Assembly (NCBI GenBank): GCA_009103225.1
Contig: RHPI01001202.1
Span: 305,206-369,205, forward strand
Source: Chlorokybus atmophyticus
Taxonomy: Eukaryota; Plantae; Mesostigma and Chlorokybus algae
DNA length: 64,000 nt
Direction: 5' to 3'
The position numbers were made by a program, and so were the translations under genes. Each line of letters opens with the position of its first letter. Positions within the stretch are counted from its first letter, which is position 1. Positions 10,622 through 22,951 of the stretch are shown here, piece after piece. The notes below the pieces were generated by a model. That model was not told the DNA's origin, did no database searches, and was given only the letters and a program-made list of their open reading frames with translations.

Positions 10622-13600
10622 ATGGGCATAGACGGAGACCTCCTGCCTCAAGCCTCACACAGCACATACACGCCACACCACCAGCGACGCAAGCACATTG
10701 AGGACAACAACAACACAGACGCCACGACGCAAGCCTTGCCCAACCCCAACTCTATCTTAGCCCCAGACCAACGCTAGCTGAAGCTTCGAGGCGCTTGGCG
10801 ACAGCAAAGCTAGCCTGCTCACAGGCAGGCTACGGGACTGCCTCTGCAACGACGGCGGCGGTGGCGGTGGCGTCGGCGGCAGGCAATTGCTCTTATACTG
10901 TGCTGCTACTGCTGCTAAGCAGCTTCCCCCAAAGCAGCACGGCACAACGATTGACTTAGACACCCCTACTCTTAGGGTCGCACAGGCGTAAGCCTATGTA
11001 GATGACGCGCCACAACAATTTTCATTGAGGCGCACCCCTTTTCACTTTTGTAGTTGGAGTCATTCAGGCTGCTTGGGGCCAATTCCGATCGCACCGTCTT
11101 TGGTCGGTTCGTAAGTCAGCAGTTGCATAGTGTGTCAAGCAAGGTTTTTTCGGCTCTGGTCGTGCAGATGTGACCTCCCGCATTCAACGCGACGTTATGA
11201 AAGAATTGGAGCCACGGAAGGCTAACGTTTGCAACCGCAGCGGTTGTGAACCGGGACCCGGTAATAATTGGGGAGCTGTTGCCGGTTGCAACTAGTTTCG
11301 TTGTTAACGTTGTAAGTGCATGCAGCATGATGCATGGCTGGGTTTTGCCGCCCAAAGTGCCACAAACGGCAGTCGCCAGGGGCAGCTGCGGTTTTCTGGT
11401 AAACATAAACTCTTGAAACGCCAAATTAACTCATGCAGTAGCGAGTTTCGAGTCAGTCCTCTGACAGCTTTTTGCAGTGGCTTGCGTCACCGTGGCGTGT
11501 TGTCACCATCCATGTGCCTGGGGACCGCCGGTAACTTTATCTAGGCCGCTGGACGTGGCTGAATATGGCCGGCGCTTTTCCCAATGACCAAGACTTGGCT
11601 CGGTAGTTGGGGAGGTGCGAGACCGGCCACAAGCGCGATAAAAGTCGCGTCGCTGTGGACGCTTTTAACCGCAGTTAGACCGGAGGAGCGGTTGTACCTG
11701 TCCTCCGTCGCGTTGCAACGCAGCACGGCATGGTCGCCGGTGTCAGTCGGTACCAACAGCGTAGACTTCAATGCGCTACACTGTAGGCTGATCGACGACA
11801 ACCGTTTAACACCGCCCTGCGCCATTGCCGTTGCAGCCATGCGGCAAGGCCCAGGATGCCTGCTACAGATTGCAGCGCAGTCTGGGACTCACATTAACAA
11901 TCTTTTCCGCGTTAGCTGCCGCAAGTTGTCAGTCTGCGCCCGGGTTGAGGTGACAAACATGTGACATGTGACAAACATTGAGAACACCAACCGATGGTCA
12001 GCTCTGGCCTGCCTCGGTGTACGCCGACAGGCGGCGATCCTACGCAAAATGCGTGTGCTCTGAGTGGCTGCTGCCAGTGGCAGCCACTCAGGTAAGGTGC
12101 TGGCAGCCTGCCCGAAGTGGCGGGCCGCAGCAGGTCGGCGACAAACTCGTCGCCAACGCCCGGTCGCACCCGACAATGCCATTTCATGTCAGCAGCCGGC
12201 TTGGCGCCTACGTGGCTGCACAACTTTTGCGCCGTGACTCACATACATGGTGGCCTAGCAATTATCCTTCTTCCCTTTTGATTACCTTTGGTAATACCCA
12301 AGGTAAGTCACATTGTATGGCATAACCAGCAAGGTGAGGAAGGCTTGCTTCCCGCGGCCAGCGGTCTATCGACCGTCGACCGTCAATTGTTCATCTCTAG
12401 CGTCGATGCAGACTCCTTGCCGACGTCGTCGCGTTTTTTGCCGCGTGATGACGCGTGTGCAGTTTCGTGTCGCATCACGCCGCCAGAGCTGCAGCTCCGC
12501 CTGTGTCAGTGCATCGACGGCGGCGGCGGCCGCCGGAGCAGGTAGAGGTGGAGCCCTACAGCTCCTGAACCAGCAAGGTGCCGGCGCAGCAACCACACCA
12601 CATCCACTAAGCCTGGCGAAGGTGCCTTGACGGGTGCGTGTTGCAGCTGTGTCGCGCCCTCTCGCCCCTCTCTCTCATGTTCCCTCGCTGCTATCTGTGT
12701 CTCTCTTTCTATGTGTTTCAGTCTGTGTGTACGCACCAGTCCGCAGCCTCCTCCCCTTCTCTGTTTCCCCGTGTGTGTGTGCAGCTTGTAACTTGTTGCA
12801 GTGCACATAACAACTGTATTGCCTTACATGTGCAGTGGGGGTGCAGACGAGCGGCTTCCAGAGCAGGGGGAGGTGGAGCAGGGGGAGTTTCTCTGTGACG
12901 TGTGTTCAGTGACAACAGTGTTGCGCCCCCTCCCTTCTTTTTCCCTCCCCCCTTTCTCTGCGTCTTCATGTGTGTGCGTTTCTCAGTATGTGTATGCCCC
13001 ACTCAGCAGCCTCTTGCCTCTTTGTCTCTGTCTCCTTTTGTATGTGTGCCCCTGAAAAAGCGGCCGAGCTAGGGGAGTGCCTGTTGGGTGTGTTCAGTGC
13101 CAGCAAGTGCAGGTGTTATAACTATACTTCAATCACAACAGGTCTTTCAACCCGTGACATATGCAGGTATCACCGCCACTTGTCCAGGTCCTTGTTGGTA
13201 TGATCTCGTGGTCTTTTGTTGCTTCCAAGCTGAGTGTTTGCAGCGGTGTTGTCTCCCCCCCACCCCACACCTCTCTCTCATTCTCTCTCTTCCTCTCTCT
13301 TTGTCCTCCTCCTGCAGTGCACTTTATCCATTGCCTTCTGTGTAAGTCTGTTTCCCCTCGGCAGTACAATCTGACATCTGCATTGTACACGCCTCCCTTA
13401 GCCCTCTGTCCCCCTCTATCCGATACTTTAAGCACTCATAATGAGATGAGACGCCAACTGATCATACTTCGTTTTGAACTAAGTCTTTTTACATTCCATT
13501 ATATGCAGGTGTTCCACATTGTGGTGATGATGGTACGCATCTCTGGGGGACCCGCCTTGAGCGGAGGGGTTCGTGTAAACCTCGCTTGGCTGTAGAAACT

Positions 13601-14351
13601 CATGAGGACGTCCCACATGCTTCCCTTTGTGTGAACTATCAGTTGGTTGGGGATGTATTGTTATTTATTGTTTGATCAACCTGTATCTTAGTTATCCCTC
13701 ATTGCAGCCATTTTTCTACACACAGGTGTTTGTGAACTTGATATTATTGTATGGCTATGTCTACATATTTATATGTCCTGTCTAATATGCTATCCCTTTT
13801 CAGCATTCCGGAAATCACAAGAAGTGCAGGCCCTCTATGAGAAGGTTGTTGAGGGAGTAAGAAGCCACGCCCGTCTCATTGCTGCATAGCGCCCAAAGCG
13901 TTTTAAACCCAATGGCGATCCATATCATTCAGTTACTCATCGTCATCAAGGTGTTATTGCCCTCATTGTCAGTGGCTCCCCTATGCTTGGCATTCACAAG
14001 CGTGCAAAGAACATCACGTTTGTTTGTGGTCACCCATATAATCGATGGTGGGAAGGTAGTAGTTGGTCATGCTCAGTGTGCACTGAACAAAGCTTTACAC
14101 CATCACATTCTACATGTGTATGCTTACTCCGCTTTGTACTGCACAGGGGTTTACACCATCACATTCTTTAGCACTTTAGCACTGCTGCTGCTTTTTATTG
14201 GTTCAGCGATTTGGATCGCGCACCGTGCGGGTATACATATACTGGTGGCAGCCGCATGAGCTTGGTCATGGCCCTTAGCAATCATTGTCGCACGGGTACG
14301 CTCGCACATGTCGCGGTTATATGAATGCACGATTCGACTGGTTCGAAACCA

Positions 14352-14470
14352 GACGTGTTTCTTTTTTCAGGGGAATATGTAGTGCTGCTTGATTGCAGCT
14401 CGTTCATTAACGACGTGTTTCTTTTTTAAAGAGAATATCGGGTGCTGCTTAATGCAGCTCGTCCATCAAC
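14352..14470. repeat. Two-copy ~60-bp tandem repeat
   Basis: gacgtgtttcttttt...gtgctgctt..tgcagctcgt.cat.aac begins at 14352 and again at 14412. Confidence 0.85.
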
Positions 14471-15043
14471 GGGGCATACTGGCATGTATACCGATACTTT
14501 GATGTAAGCATTGCATGGTTTCCTTAAAGCGATTACCCTTTCTGGCTTAAAGTGTCGTTACCACGTATGACGGGTGCAGACATGCAGGTATGTTTGTGAC
14601 ATGCACGCACATTTCTCCTTGTTTTCAGCGCTATTAATAGTGCATGTCATGTTCGGCTTCAGCTTGTTGCTGATTTTTTCTGTTTTTTGCTAGGCACGTG
14701 CGCTGTCGGAGCTGGAGTTCGCTCCGCGCGCAATCTCTTATCAGGCTGCTTAGCTCCCCCGACCTCTCTGCTGACAACGGCAAGCGCAATGTTAGCGAAA
14801 TCAGTCAGGCTTTTGAATTCAGGTTGAGTATGCTTATACCAATGTTGCATTTCACATGCATGCATTCGTGAATGTAATGATTTACTCGGGTTGCAGGACG
14901 GATGCATATGAATTTACCGCTGCACAATTTCGGCCCTTTGTTGCAGCTCACCTCTTTGAAGGGTGAGTTTGCTGTCATACGCTTACACACACATTTCGTA
15001 GCATTATGTCATATCATTAAAGTGGTTATTGTGTGCTAACTGT

Positions 15044-15077
<34 letters not shown>

Positions 15078-15915
15078 ACATTGTGTGATTAGTTGGGGGC
15101 ACATAGGCAGCCAACTTTTGCTTACTTCTCTGCAGCCGACATGTTGGCAATCATCAAAAAGTTCTTCAGAGCTTTTATTAAATTCAATGCTGATTTTAAT
15201 TTGTCTTCACATAACTCTGCGCGCCTCCAGCGGGCAAGTTGTTGCTTTTACACATTTCCTTCACGCATTGTCTTCATTTATATTTTGCAGATCGCAAGAT
15301 CTTCTGCTTGCCTTTCGGCAGCCAGAAATTTGTAACATCGCGGTTCACAGCATACGTAGTCTACCGCGCATCATAGCTGGCATTGCTGGTCCTCGAGATT
15401 GTCACAAAGTTTTTGTGCAACTATTGGTTCCGTGAGCACGACATTACAAAGTCATTAGCACGTATGTTTCGGAGGAACGTGTTGCGCAACCTGGCTTTCC
15501 GAAGGGCCATACCATCACCTTAGTGCATGCAACTTTGCTGACTCTGTTAGGTCTGATTTTCCTTTCCACGAGCATTGACTTGTTTGCGCTGACGCAAGCC
15601 GGCGGTCTTAATACTAGCAAACCAGATGTTGTCATTCCCGATGGTGTTGTAATGAGTTGCCGTTGCGGCCGCCTTCGACCGCCTCTAGAAGCTGCAGACA
15701 AAGAGAAGGACTTTCAAGTGCAATGCCTACAGTGTGTTAATGTCAGCTCTGCTTGCTGTGCTCTCTTTTACTGCCTGCTGAGTAGCGAATACCTCCTCAG
15801 ATGCTCTGCATGGTCCCATGGCTACTGCTATTGTTTGCAGCTAAGCAGACATGATACAAAAGGTTTCTTGTATCATGGGCGTCATGAAACTTGTCTGCCG
15901 CCAATGTCCGGTATT

Positions 15916-17154
15916 ACAATTGCCCACTTACGCTTTGATCACCAACATGATGTTCACTTGTCAACCCATTCATGCACCTGTAGGTCTTAGCAGCCTCACC
16001 GGCAGCAGTTGGTGGTCAAGCACTGGCAGTAGTGTCCTCATGTGCTTCAGCTGATGGTAGATGTTCCAGTCAGCCACCACAGCAGGTAGGCTTAGATAAC
16101 GCAGCCACCTTGCTTGATATCTGTTTTCATGTGTTCGGTAATGCAATTGCCCACTTGCGCTTTGTGACCACCAACATGATGTTCACTTGTCCACCCATAC
16201 GTGCACTTGCAGGTCTCAACAACCTTACCGGCAGCAGTTGTTGGTCAAGCACTGGCAATTGTGTCCTCACGTGCTTTAGCTGATGGTAGCAGTTCCAGTC
16301 AGCCACCACAGCAGGTAGGGTTGGATAACGCAGCCACCTTGCTTGATATCTATTTTCATGTGATGTGTTGCAAGCAGATGATAACAGCATCACTAAGCGC
16401 AAGCTTGCGCGCAAGCGCAAGCGCAAGTCCGCCTTCCCGGCTACTAAGAGCAAGAGTCCGGATCCTGTTCTTGATACGCAGGTAACATAACATGCCCATA
16501 TGTAAACTTCTTTAACGTATACTGTGTGCTTGTGTATTATTGCAGATACCACCTGTCAATGCCAAACTAACAAGCCAAAGCACAAGCGCAAGCCGAGATC
16601 TTGTGGAGCTCCGCCCCAGCTCCCCACTGATGAGAATAAAAGTCTGCATCCCGCTGTGAACATCAGGCGATTCCAGGTAACATAGAAAATGGCTCAGTTT
16701 TATCTCGCTCTCTCACTCTTCTCCCTCTCTCTTGTGCTTAACATGCTTCGTACTTGCAACACGTGTTTGTTGTTACACGAAGTAGGGAGTGCAAGCTGCG
16801 CAAAACGCAAGCGTCAGCGCAAGTCAAGAGGTCGTAAATGGCCGCAACACATTGAGCGGCGCATGAGATTGTGAGTTCTTGTGTAATACTTGTGTTATAA
16901 TGCATGCATATTGATGTGAAGTTCACAACAGCTTGACGGCGCATGCGTATCGGATCCAAGCAATGGATAAGTATATGGCGGTCTTGGTTGACGAGCTTCA
17001 GCGTGACATCACCAAGTTTGCTGTGTGCGCCACTTGCTTCGAGGCGGATCTCATGGATGTCATGATAGCGTGCTCGAAGTGCTGTGAGGTTCATTATCGC
17101 GAATGCGTTCGCGCGCGATAAGATGAAGTTTTCAGCTGCTCGAGGAAGTGCTGC
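15916..17154 (+). pseudogene. Degenerate multi-exon gene fragment: duplicated exon-intron unit, Lys/Arg-rich exons and a terminal PHD-like Cys cluster with an in-frame stop; possibly Helitron cargo
   Basis: Two 102-bp phase-0 exons (15984-16085, 16213-16314), each AG|...|GT. Basic exons RKLARKRKRK and KPKHKRKPR have inconsistent phases. CATC...CSKCCEVHYREC...*...CSRKC at 17026-17154. Confidence 0.45.
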
Positions 17155-18001
17155 GGCGGTCAGATAATATCATTAGCATTTCTAATGACGAATTCTCCCT
17201 TGCTCATATGTGTGTACAGGCGCGTTGGAATGTCGTACGCATCGATGATGATGAGGGAGTCAGGAATCTGAAACAGGAGTCTTGCAAAGATGACCAGTGC
17301 AATGCAGCTCACATAGTAAGGCTTGATGCATTTCACGCACACTTTATGTTTGTATGCGTCAACTTGTAAAGTGCATGTGTCACAACCTACGTATATCTAT
17401 TTTGTGACACGATGGTGAACAACAACGTGTATCATCTGCAACGGTTGTTAATGATTACACAAGTTGCATTGGTTTATGTCATGTCCGGATGCTGCAGGCA
17501 CTTGTTTATTCAATTGGCTGCTATAAAGAGGCAATGAGTGGTTACCAATGAGGTCCAATCACCTTCCCACAACGACTTTAGCTTGAGGTAAGCACAACGA
17601 GAGGTAGCTATGAGCACTGTGCCGGCAGCTTGCAATTGCATTTACTGATATCATGTCCAGATGCTGCAGGCACTTGTTCAATCAATTAGCTGCTACCAGG
17701 TTATGCAAATTCTAAAGTGTTTCTGACCAGCTTTAAGTCAAATTGAAGTGTGAGCGCAGCATATGCTTGCAAGTACAAACCAAGTGTTGAACACCTTGTT
17801 ATATTGCTCACACGTATGGTCAACAGTCAATGATATCAATTATATATATGTCCAATAATCAGTCAATCACCTGGCCCAATTGATATAGCGCCGACACATG
17901 TGCTTGAGAGTCTGTATGTTGATGGTGTACATACCCACCACCATTGTGGTTGCCAACAGGCCAATCACTGTTTCTGATATATCAATACGCATCCCTTGAC
18001 G

Positions 18002-18058
18002 CATTTGGTAAATTAGAGCAATTGCACAATCTATGCAATTGCTCTAATTTACCAAATG
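18002..18058. repeat. Perfect 25-bp inverted repeat with 7-nt loop
   Basis: catttggtaaattagagcaattgca + caatcta + tgcaattgctctaatttaccaaatg. Confidence 0.95.
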
Positions 18059-19925
18059 TTGTTCAACTTCGTCCATCCATTTAATGGCGACAGCTGTTTC
18101 AAAGCGCTGCCAGAATCTTGAACTCGAATACACCCAATCATTGCATGTGCCCGTGATGATGTTCATGTTTGGTTCAATGTGATCAGGATTTTCCATCACT
18201 TCTCACGGTGACGCCTCTCTTCATTAGAAACTCTATCTGTCGCAGGCGATAAATCGGACACTCGGCTTTCACCAGCAGATCTTCGGCTTGACACAGAGGT
18301 ATGAACTTGTTAATGCCTGGCATGGTGAAGTCTCGTGTGCAATAATGCATATGCGTACTGCAGGATTATCTTGCTAAACTACAGTGGAGCGTCTCTTGTC
18401 GAAGTCACTTGTGAACAGTTGACTGTCATATTGTACCAATCGATTTTGTTATATCACTATGACGAGATGTTGTAATAAAACTGACCCACGGAAGCGCTAT
18501 TTCTAATATGAGTGTCAATCATATCGAGTGGGTGGTGGGGGAGAGCATCCTCAGTTTATCACATTATACTCTCACCGGGTTCACTATATGCCTCTCACTA
18601 CACCCACATGTTATAATGTAACCGATCCACCGAAGCTATAGATTTAAATTAATTGTTGTGAAATTTGTACATGTTATGAGAATAGGTCAAGCTTCAGAAA
18701 CAATTTGTTTGTTATTGACTTGAAGCGCATTCAATCGTTATTTACTTGATAAGATTGAAAAGGGCATCATTACATTGAATAGTTGAATAAAGGTATATTT
18801 ATGGGCTTATGGTTAAACTGACAGTCAGGGTTTTATTTGACTGTTCTATGATTACTCACTCACGGGCATGTGTTGCGAAGCATAAGTATACCAGAAATGT
18901 ACCAGGTGGTAAGGTGAGTGTTATTGCAGCATTGGTATCTGATGGAAGGAGCTGGCGGGTGGGGTGTGGCATTGAGGATTGGTAGTTGCTAAGAGGAGGA
19001 AAAAGCTGCAACTGGAGGGTTCCGTGACGCGCTTTCAGCGCATTCAATTCTGCTCGGACTGTTTCCATCGAAGGTATAATGTTGAACACGAACAGAACCA
19101 AGCGTCATCGCGTTGCGCATATGAGAGCCCTGTCCTAACTTAATAGACACGTTGTGATGACAGCTTTTTGGTTATGTATTCAAGGCTTGTCGCTGAAGTG
19201 GATGGGTGTCACTAGCACATTCATCGATGGCATGGCATGCTGTGCTTTTTGTGGATTGACTCAGTTCGGATATTCGCCCACTTGTCTCAGTCAAGAAACC
19301 CATTGATCTCGTCGCCATTACTTGTACGGCAAATCGTACATGCAGCAATTCACAATCAGCAAGGTCAACAAGTACTATGTATGCAGCAATTGCAAAGACA
19401 AGAGCCATACTTTACGTGTCACTCATAATGTTTTTGCTTGCCCGCAATACGTTCGTGCCGTTCTCGACATACACCCTTTACATATGCAGTTGCTCAGTAT
19501 CATTGATGTTCATCTACGGTTACAACAACGCATACATAGGTTTTTGATAGGATGCAACCTCACGACATCTGTATTGGATGAGCCATGACTATCCTAAGAT
19601 AACACAAGTGGTCTTTATTTATCTGACATTCCTGCATCAATGCACACATTATCGAGTGAAAATGTTATATCAAATCACATCATACGACGTCACAAAACAA
19701 TGTTGGAATGTCCTCATCTACAACATGGTCTGCCAGTTTTGTCGCATTCAGCTGTCGAAAGCATTGTGCATGCACATCGCCAACGTGGGCCATTAAACAT
19801 ATTGACAAGCAATGTGGTGACAATGATACTATCTACCGTGATATCTGCCAACTCGGACGCTATTCTGCCACAATCGACGAAACCAACAGCAAAATGCGTA
19901 AACAATGCTGGAAACATTGTCTTAC

Positions 19926-20453
19926 TGTAACGGGAGCAATAATAATAGGGGTATTATTGCGACCTAGATAACACATTCTGTATGAATAAGTATTGAAATA
20001 TGCTTATTTATACCTCTTTTCTACAGTTGCTCGCTTATTAAAGGCTATGATGCTTTATCATAGCTTAAATAAGTACCAATGGGTGTAGAATCGCTTATTC
20101 AAGCCTATTTATTTGTCACATTTGATAAAATGTGATCACTATCTCGTTAGGTACCTTACGATAGGTATCTTTCATTAGGTGCCTTATCGATAGGTACCTT
20201 ATCTGAGCTGTAATTGGCTTACGCTAGATTTCCTAACTACCCTATCTGTAGGGTCGATGTCTAGTTGTGAGTTAATTATCGAGAGGTATATATTTAATAT
20301 ACTCTTGATATAAAAGGTCACATCAAACTGATGTGAGGGACTTTCATTTCTCTGCTCAGTGGCGGCCACGCCGTCGAAAGGCTTGTCATAGGCGGTGTGG
20401 GTGTTGGGGTAGAGGATTAAAGGGGCATCACCGGCGACGGTGGTGCTGTTACA
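19926..20453 (+). repeat. 5' LTR of chromovirus (528 bp)
   Basis: Aligns with 26385-26908 with roughly 40 differences by hand count (about 92-93% identity). Contains internal hairpins tcacattt-gat-aaaatgtga and tcacatc-aaact-gatgtga. Confidence 0.96.
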
Positions 20454-20454
20454 T

Positions 20455-20468
20455 TGGTATCCAGGAGC
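20455..20468 (+). other. Primer-binding site, tRNA-iMet-like (TGGTATC core, diverged 3' part)
   Basis: tggtatccaggagc starts 1 nt after the LTR end; the canonical plant iMet PBS is TGGTATCAGAGC. Confidence 0.75.
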
Positions 20469-21329
20469 TTGGGGGTGACGTGGGTACTTATAGGGGGCGG
20501 CGACCTGCTCTCGGCCAATCAGAAGGCGGTGGCGGCGGCCTCATATTCGTCCACGCAGCCCAAGCTTCAAGTTAGCTTCCCTGCGCTACCTCAACGTTGA
20601 AGCCACCCATCAAAGAGGCGACTTCTCCACGTGTGAGGTACCATCACACACGTCGGTGACTTGCCTGCTTGCCTGCTTGTCAGCTGCTTGCCAGGTGCTT
20701 GCCAGGTGCACGTGTGTACTTTTATGCACATCATTCAATGACTTGCCAGTGCATGAGTGCGGCTTGCTAGTGTGCCATCATTGCTTGTCACACTTGGTGC
20801 ACTATCTTTGCTTGCAGTGATTGCCTGTCATTGCATGCGGTGATTGCTTGTCATTGTGCTTGCTAGTGCATGTCACAGTTGGTCACTGTACGGCTTGCCT
20901 GTTGCATGTATGTGACGTACCTGTGACCTGCCAGCTGCTTTTTCGGGTCGCTTGACCCGGGTCCGCAAGTTCCGAACTAAGCTGTTCTAAAACCCTCCCC
21001 CTTTGGCTTCGGCCTGGAGATTGGGACTTGGTTAGAATAGTTTTAGGGAGGTTTTAGGACATTCTGTTCCCAAACACTGTTGGTCTGAAACCCTCCCCCT
21101 CTGGCTTCGACCTGGAGAGTGGGACTTGGTTGGGGACAACACAGGGCTAGGACATTCTGGTCCCACTTAGACTTGTTCTGTTTGGATTTGGACACTCCAG
21201 GTCCAACCTTTCCTTTTTGGGGACTGGTTGGGACTCTGTTTGGGACTTTTGGGGTCATTTTGATCATCTCGTTGAACTTGGTCCATTGGTGAGGTTCTCA
21301 CCATTCCATTTTGCCTGTTTTGTAGACAA

Positions 21330-22519
21330 ATGGAAGAGAACTCGGTGCCCACCTCAAAGGGGATAAGCTCGCAAAAAGAGCAATTACCCCGTGAAGAGGA
21401 GTTTCCATCTATGGAGGATGTTTCCAAGACGGATGATGCACTTGATGAGTCTCATCCTGGTAAGGATGTGGATGGCTTGGTGGAATCAGACGGGCCACCA
21501 TCACCACCATCATTCGTGCAGCCTGAAATCTCAATTCGCTTGACAAAACAGGAGTTGATGGAGAACTTTCTTGGCAACTATAATGAGGAGCCTTGTGAGG
21601 CGATTGTCTCGTTCGGCAACTTCCTCTTTCATGTGGCGAAAAAGATCTCAAAACTCACCACCTTTATCGGGCGAGATTGGGAGGGGTCGATGGGTGAAGG
21701 CAAACGTGTTTTGAACATGATTGAGCGCCTTCAACGCTCTGACAGTGGCCCACCTGTTCAGGCGCTTGCTCGTCCTACCGAGTTTGTTCCCAACAAGCAA
21801 ACAGAATTTTTGACTGGCTCGTAAAGCTGAGGCACTATGTTAACTCCCTTCACACTTCTGAGGAGGGGAAGTTGCATGTAGCAGAGTTGCTGATTTTAAA
21901 CGATGCTATGGCAGAGTGGTACCGCCGTAAGCAACGTGATACGAACCTCGGGCGGGAAGTGAATCGGTTGTGCTCTTTCATGGAGCAGCGCTATGGTGGC
22001 GCAGACCCTGCCCAGGTTGCTCGCAACCAGTTGCACAATCTGCGTCAAAACGGGCGTCCGGTTCAGCAGTATATCCAAGACTTCCAGTCTTTTGACAGCA
22101 AGATCAATGCTGGCAAACTACCCATCAGTGATGATGATTAGCTGGATATGTTCAGGCGTGGCTTAGACACAGATCTCGTGCAGCATGTAGCCGTCAACCC
22201 CGCGAGTTTGCAAGAGTGGGCCTCGACGGATTTACCAATGCTGATGCAGATGGTTGCTGCTGTGGACAGTGTGAAGCGCTCTCACGCAAACATGCAAACC
22301 ACAGCAAAAAAGGCAGCCCCGGCTTCAGCTGCAAAGCGCCCGGCCACTGACAACAAACCTTCTGTGAACAAGGCGAAAACATCTCAGCCTGCTGGCCCCT
22401 ACAGCGCGGCCAAATCCACCATCACCTGCAACTTCTGCAAGAAGACAGGTCATGGGGAGGCCAAGTGCTATGCAAAGCAGAATGCACAGAAGGCCAAGCA
22501 GCAGAAGGACAAAAAATAG
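21330..22519 (+). pseudogene. Chromovirus gag (frameshift near 21805, TAG at 22139-22141)
   Basis: ARNQLHNLRQNGRPVQQYIQDF (retrotransposon gag core) and CNFCKKTGHGEAKC zinc knuckle. Confidence 0.9.
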
Positions 22520-22522
22520 GAA

Positions 22523-22933
22523 TTGTCTGTGGTTGGTAGCTTACTCGAGCAGAACAACTTAAAAAACTCTGTACTTCTTAAAAAAGTTTCCTCTCTTTAT
22601 GATGTATCAGATGTATGGACTGATATGAGCACACCACCTGTGTTGACAAATGCAAACGGTTGTGTTTTAAACAATGTTCCATTCTCTAAATTGGTAACTG
22701 CTGTTAAGCACTTACACGAGTTGCAATTACAACATGCTGTTACTGCATGTGTAGTTATCCCTCGATATCATGGCCCGTGGTCGCGATTGTTACAAGGGGG
22801 AGAAGTAATTATGCAACTCTCACGCAAAGATACAGGAACTTCACCGTTACAAGTGATCTTTATCAAGCCTGCTACCAATCACGGCACTCAAACATTGGCT
22901 ACATTTAATGGTCACTCAGTGCCACTCAAATAG
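22523..22933 (+). pseudogene. N6-adenine DNA methyltransferase-like (NPPF-type) domain between gag and protease
   Basis: CVLNNVPFSKLVTAVKHL...TACVVIPRYHGPWSRLL resembles the Dam/DIRS-type pattern NPPF..i..vl.k...a.lvvP.w...W..lL. In frame with both gag and pol. Confidence 0.55.
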
Positions 22934-22951
22934 AGATTTGAGAGTCAACTT

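Noticed and set aside
11100-13600. Many 60-140-aa ORFs and CT-rich degenerate repeats
   Set aside because: No motifs, no consistent exon chain, and the ORFs overlap on both strands as expected for GC-rich or low-complexity DNA.
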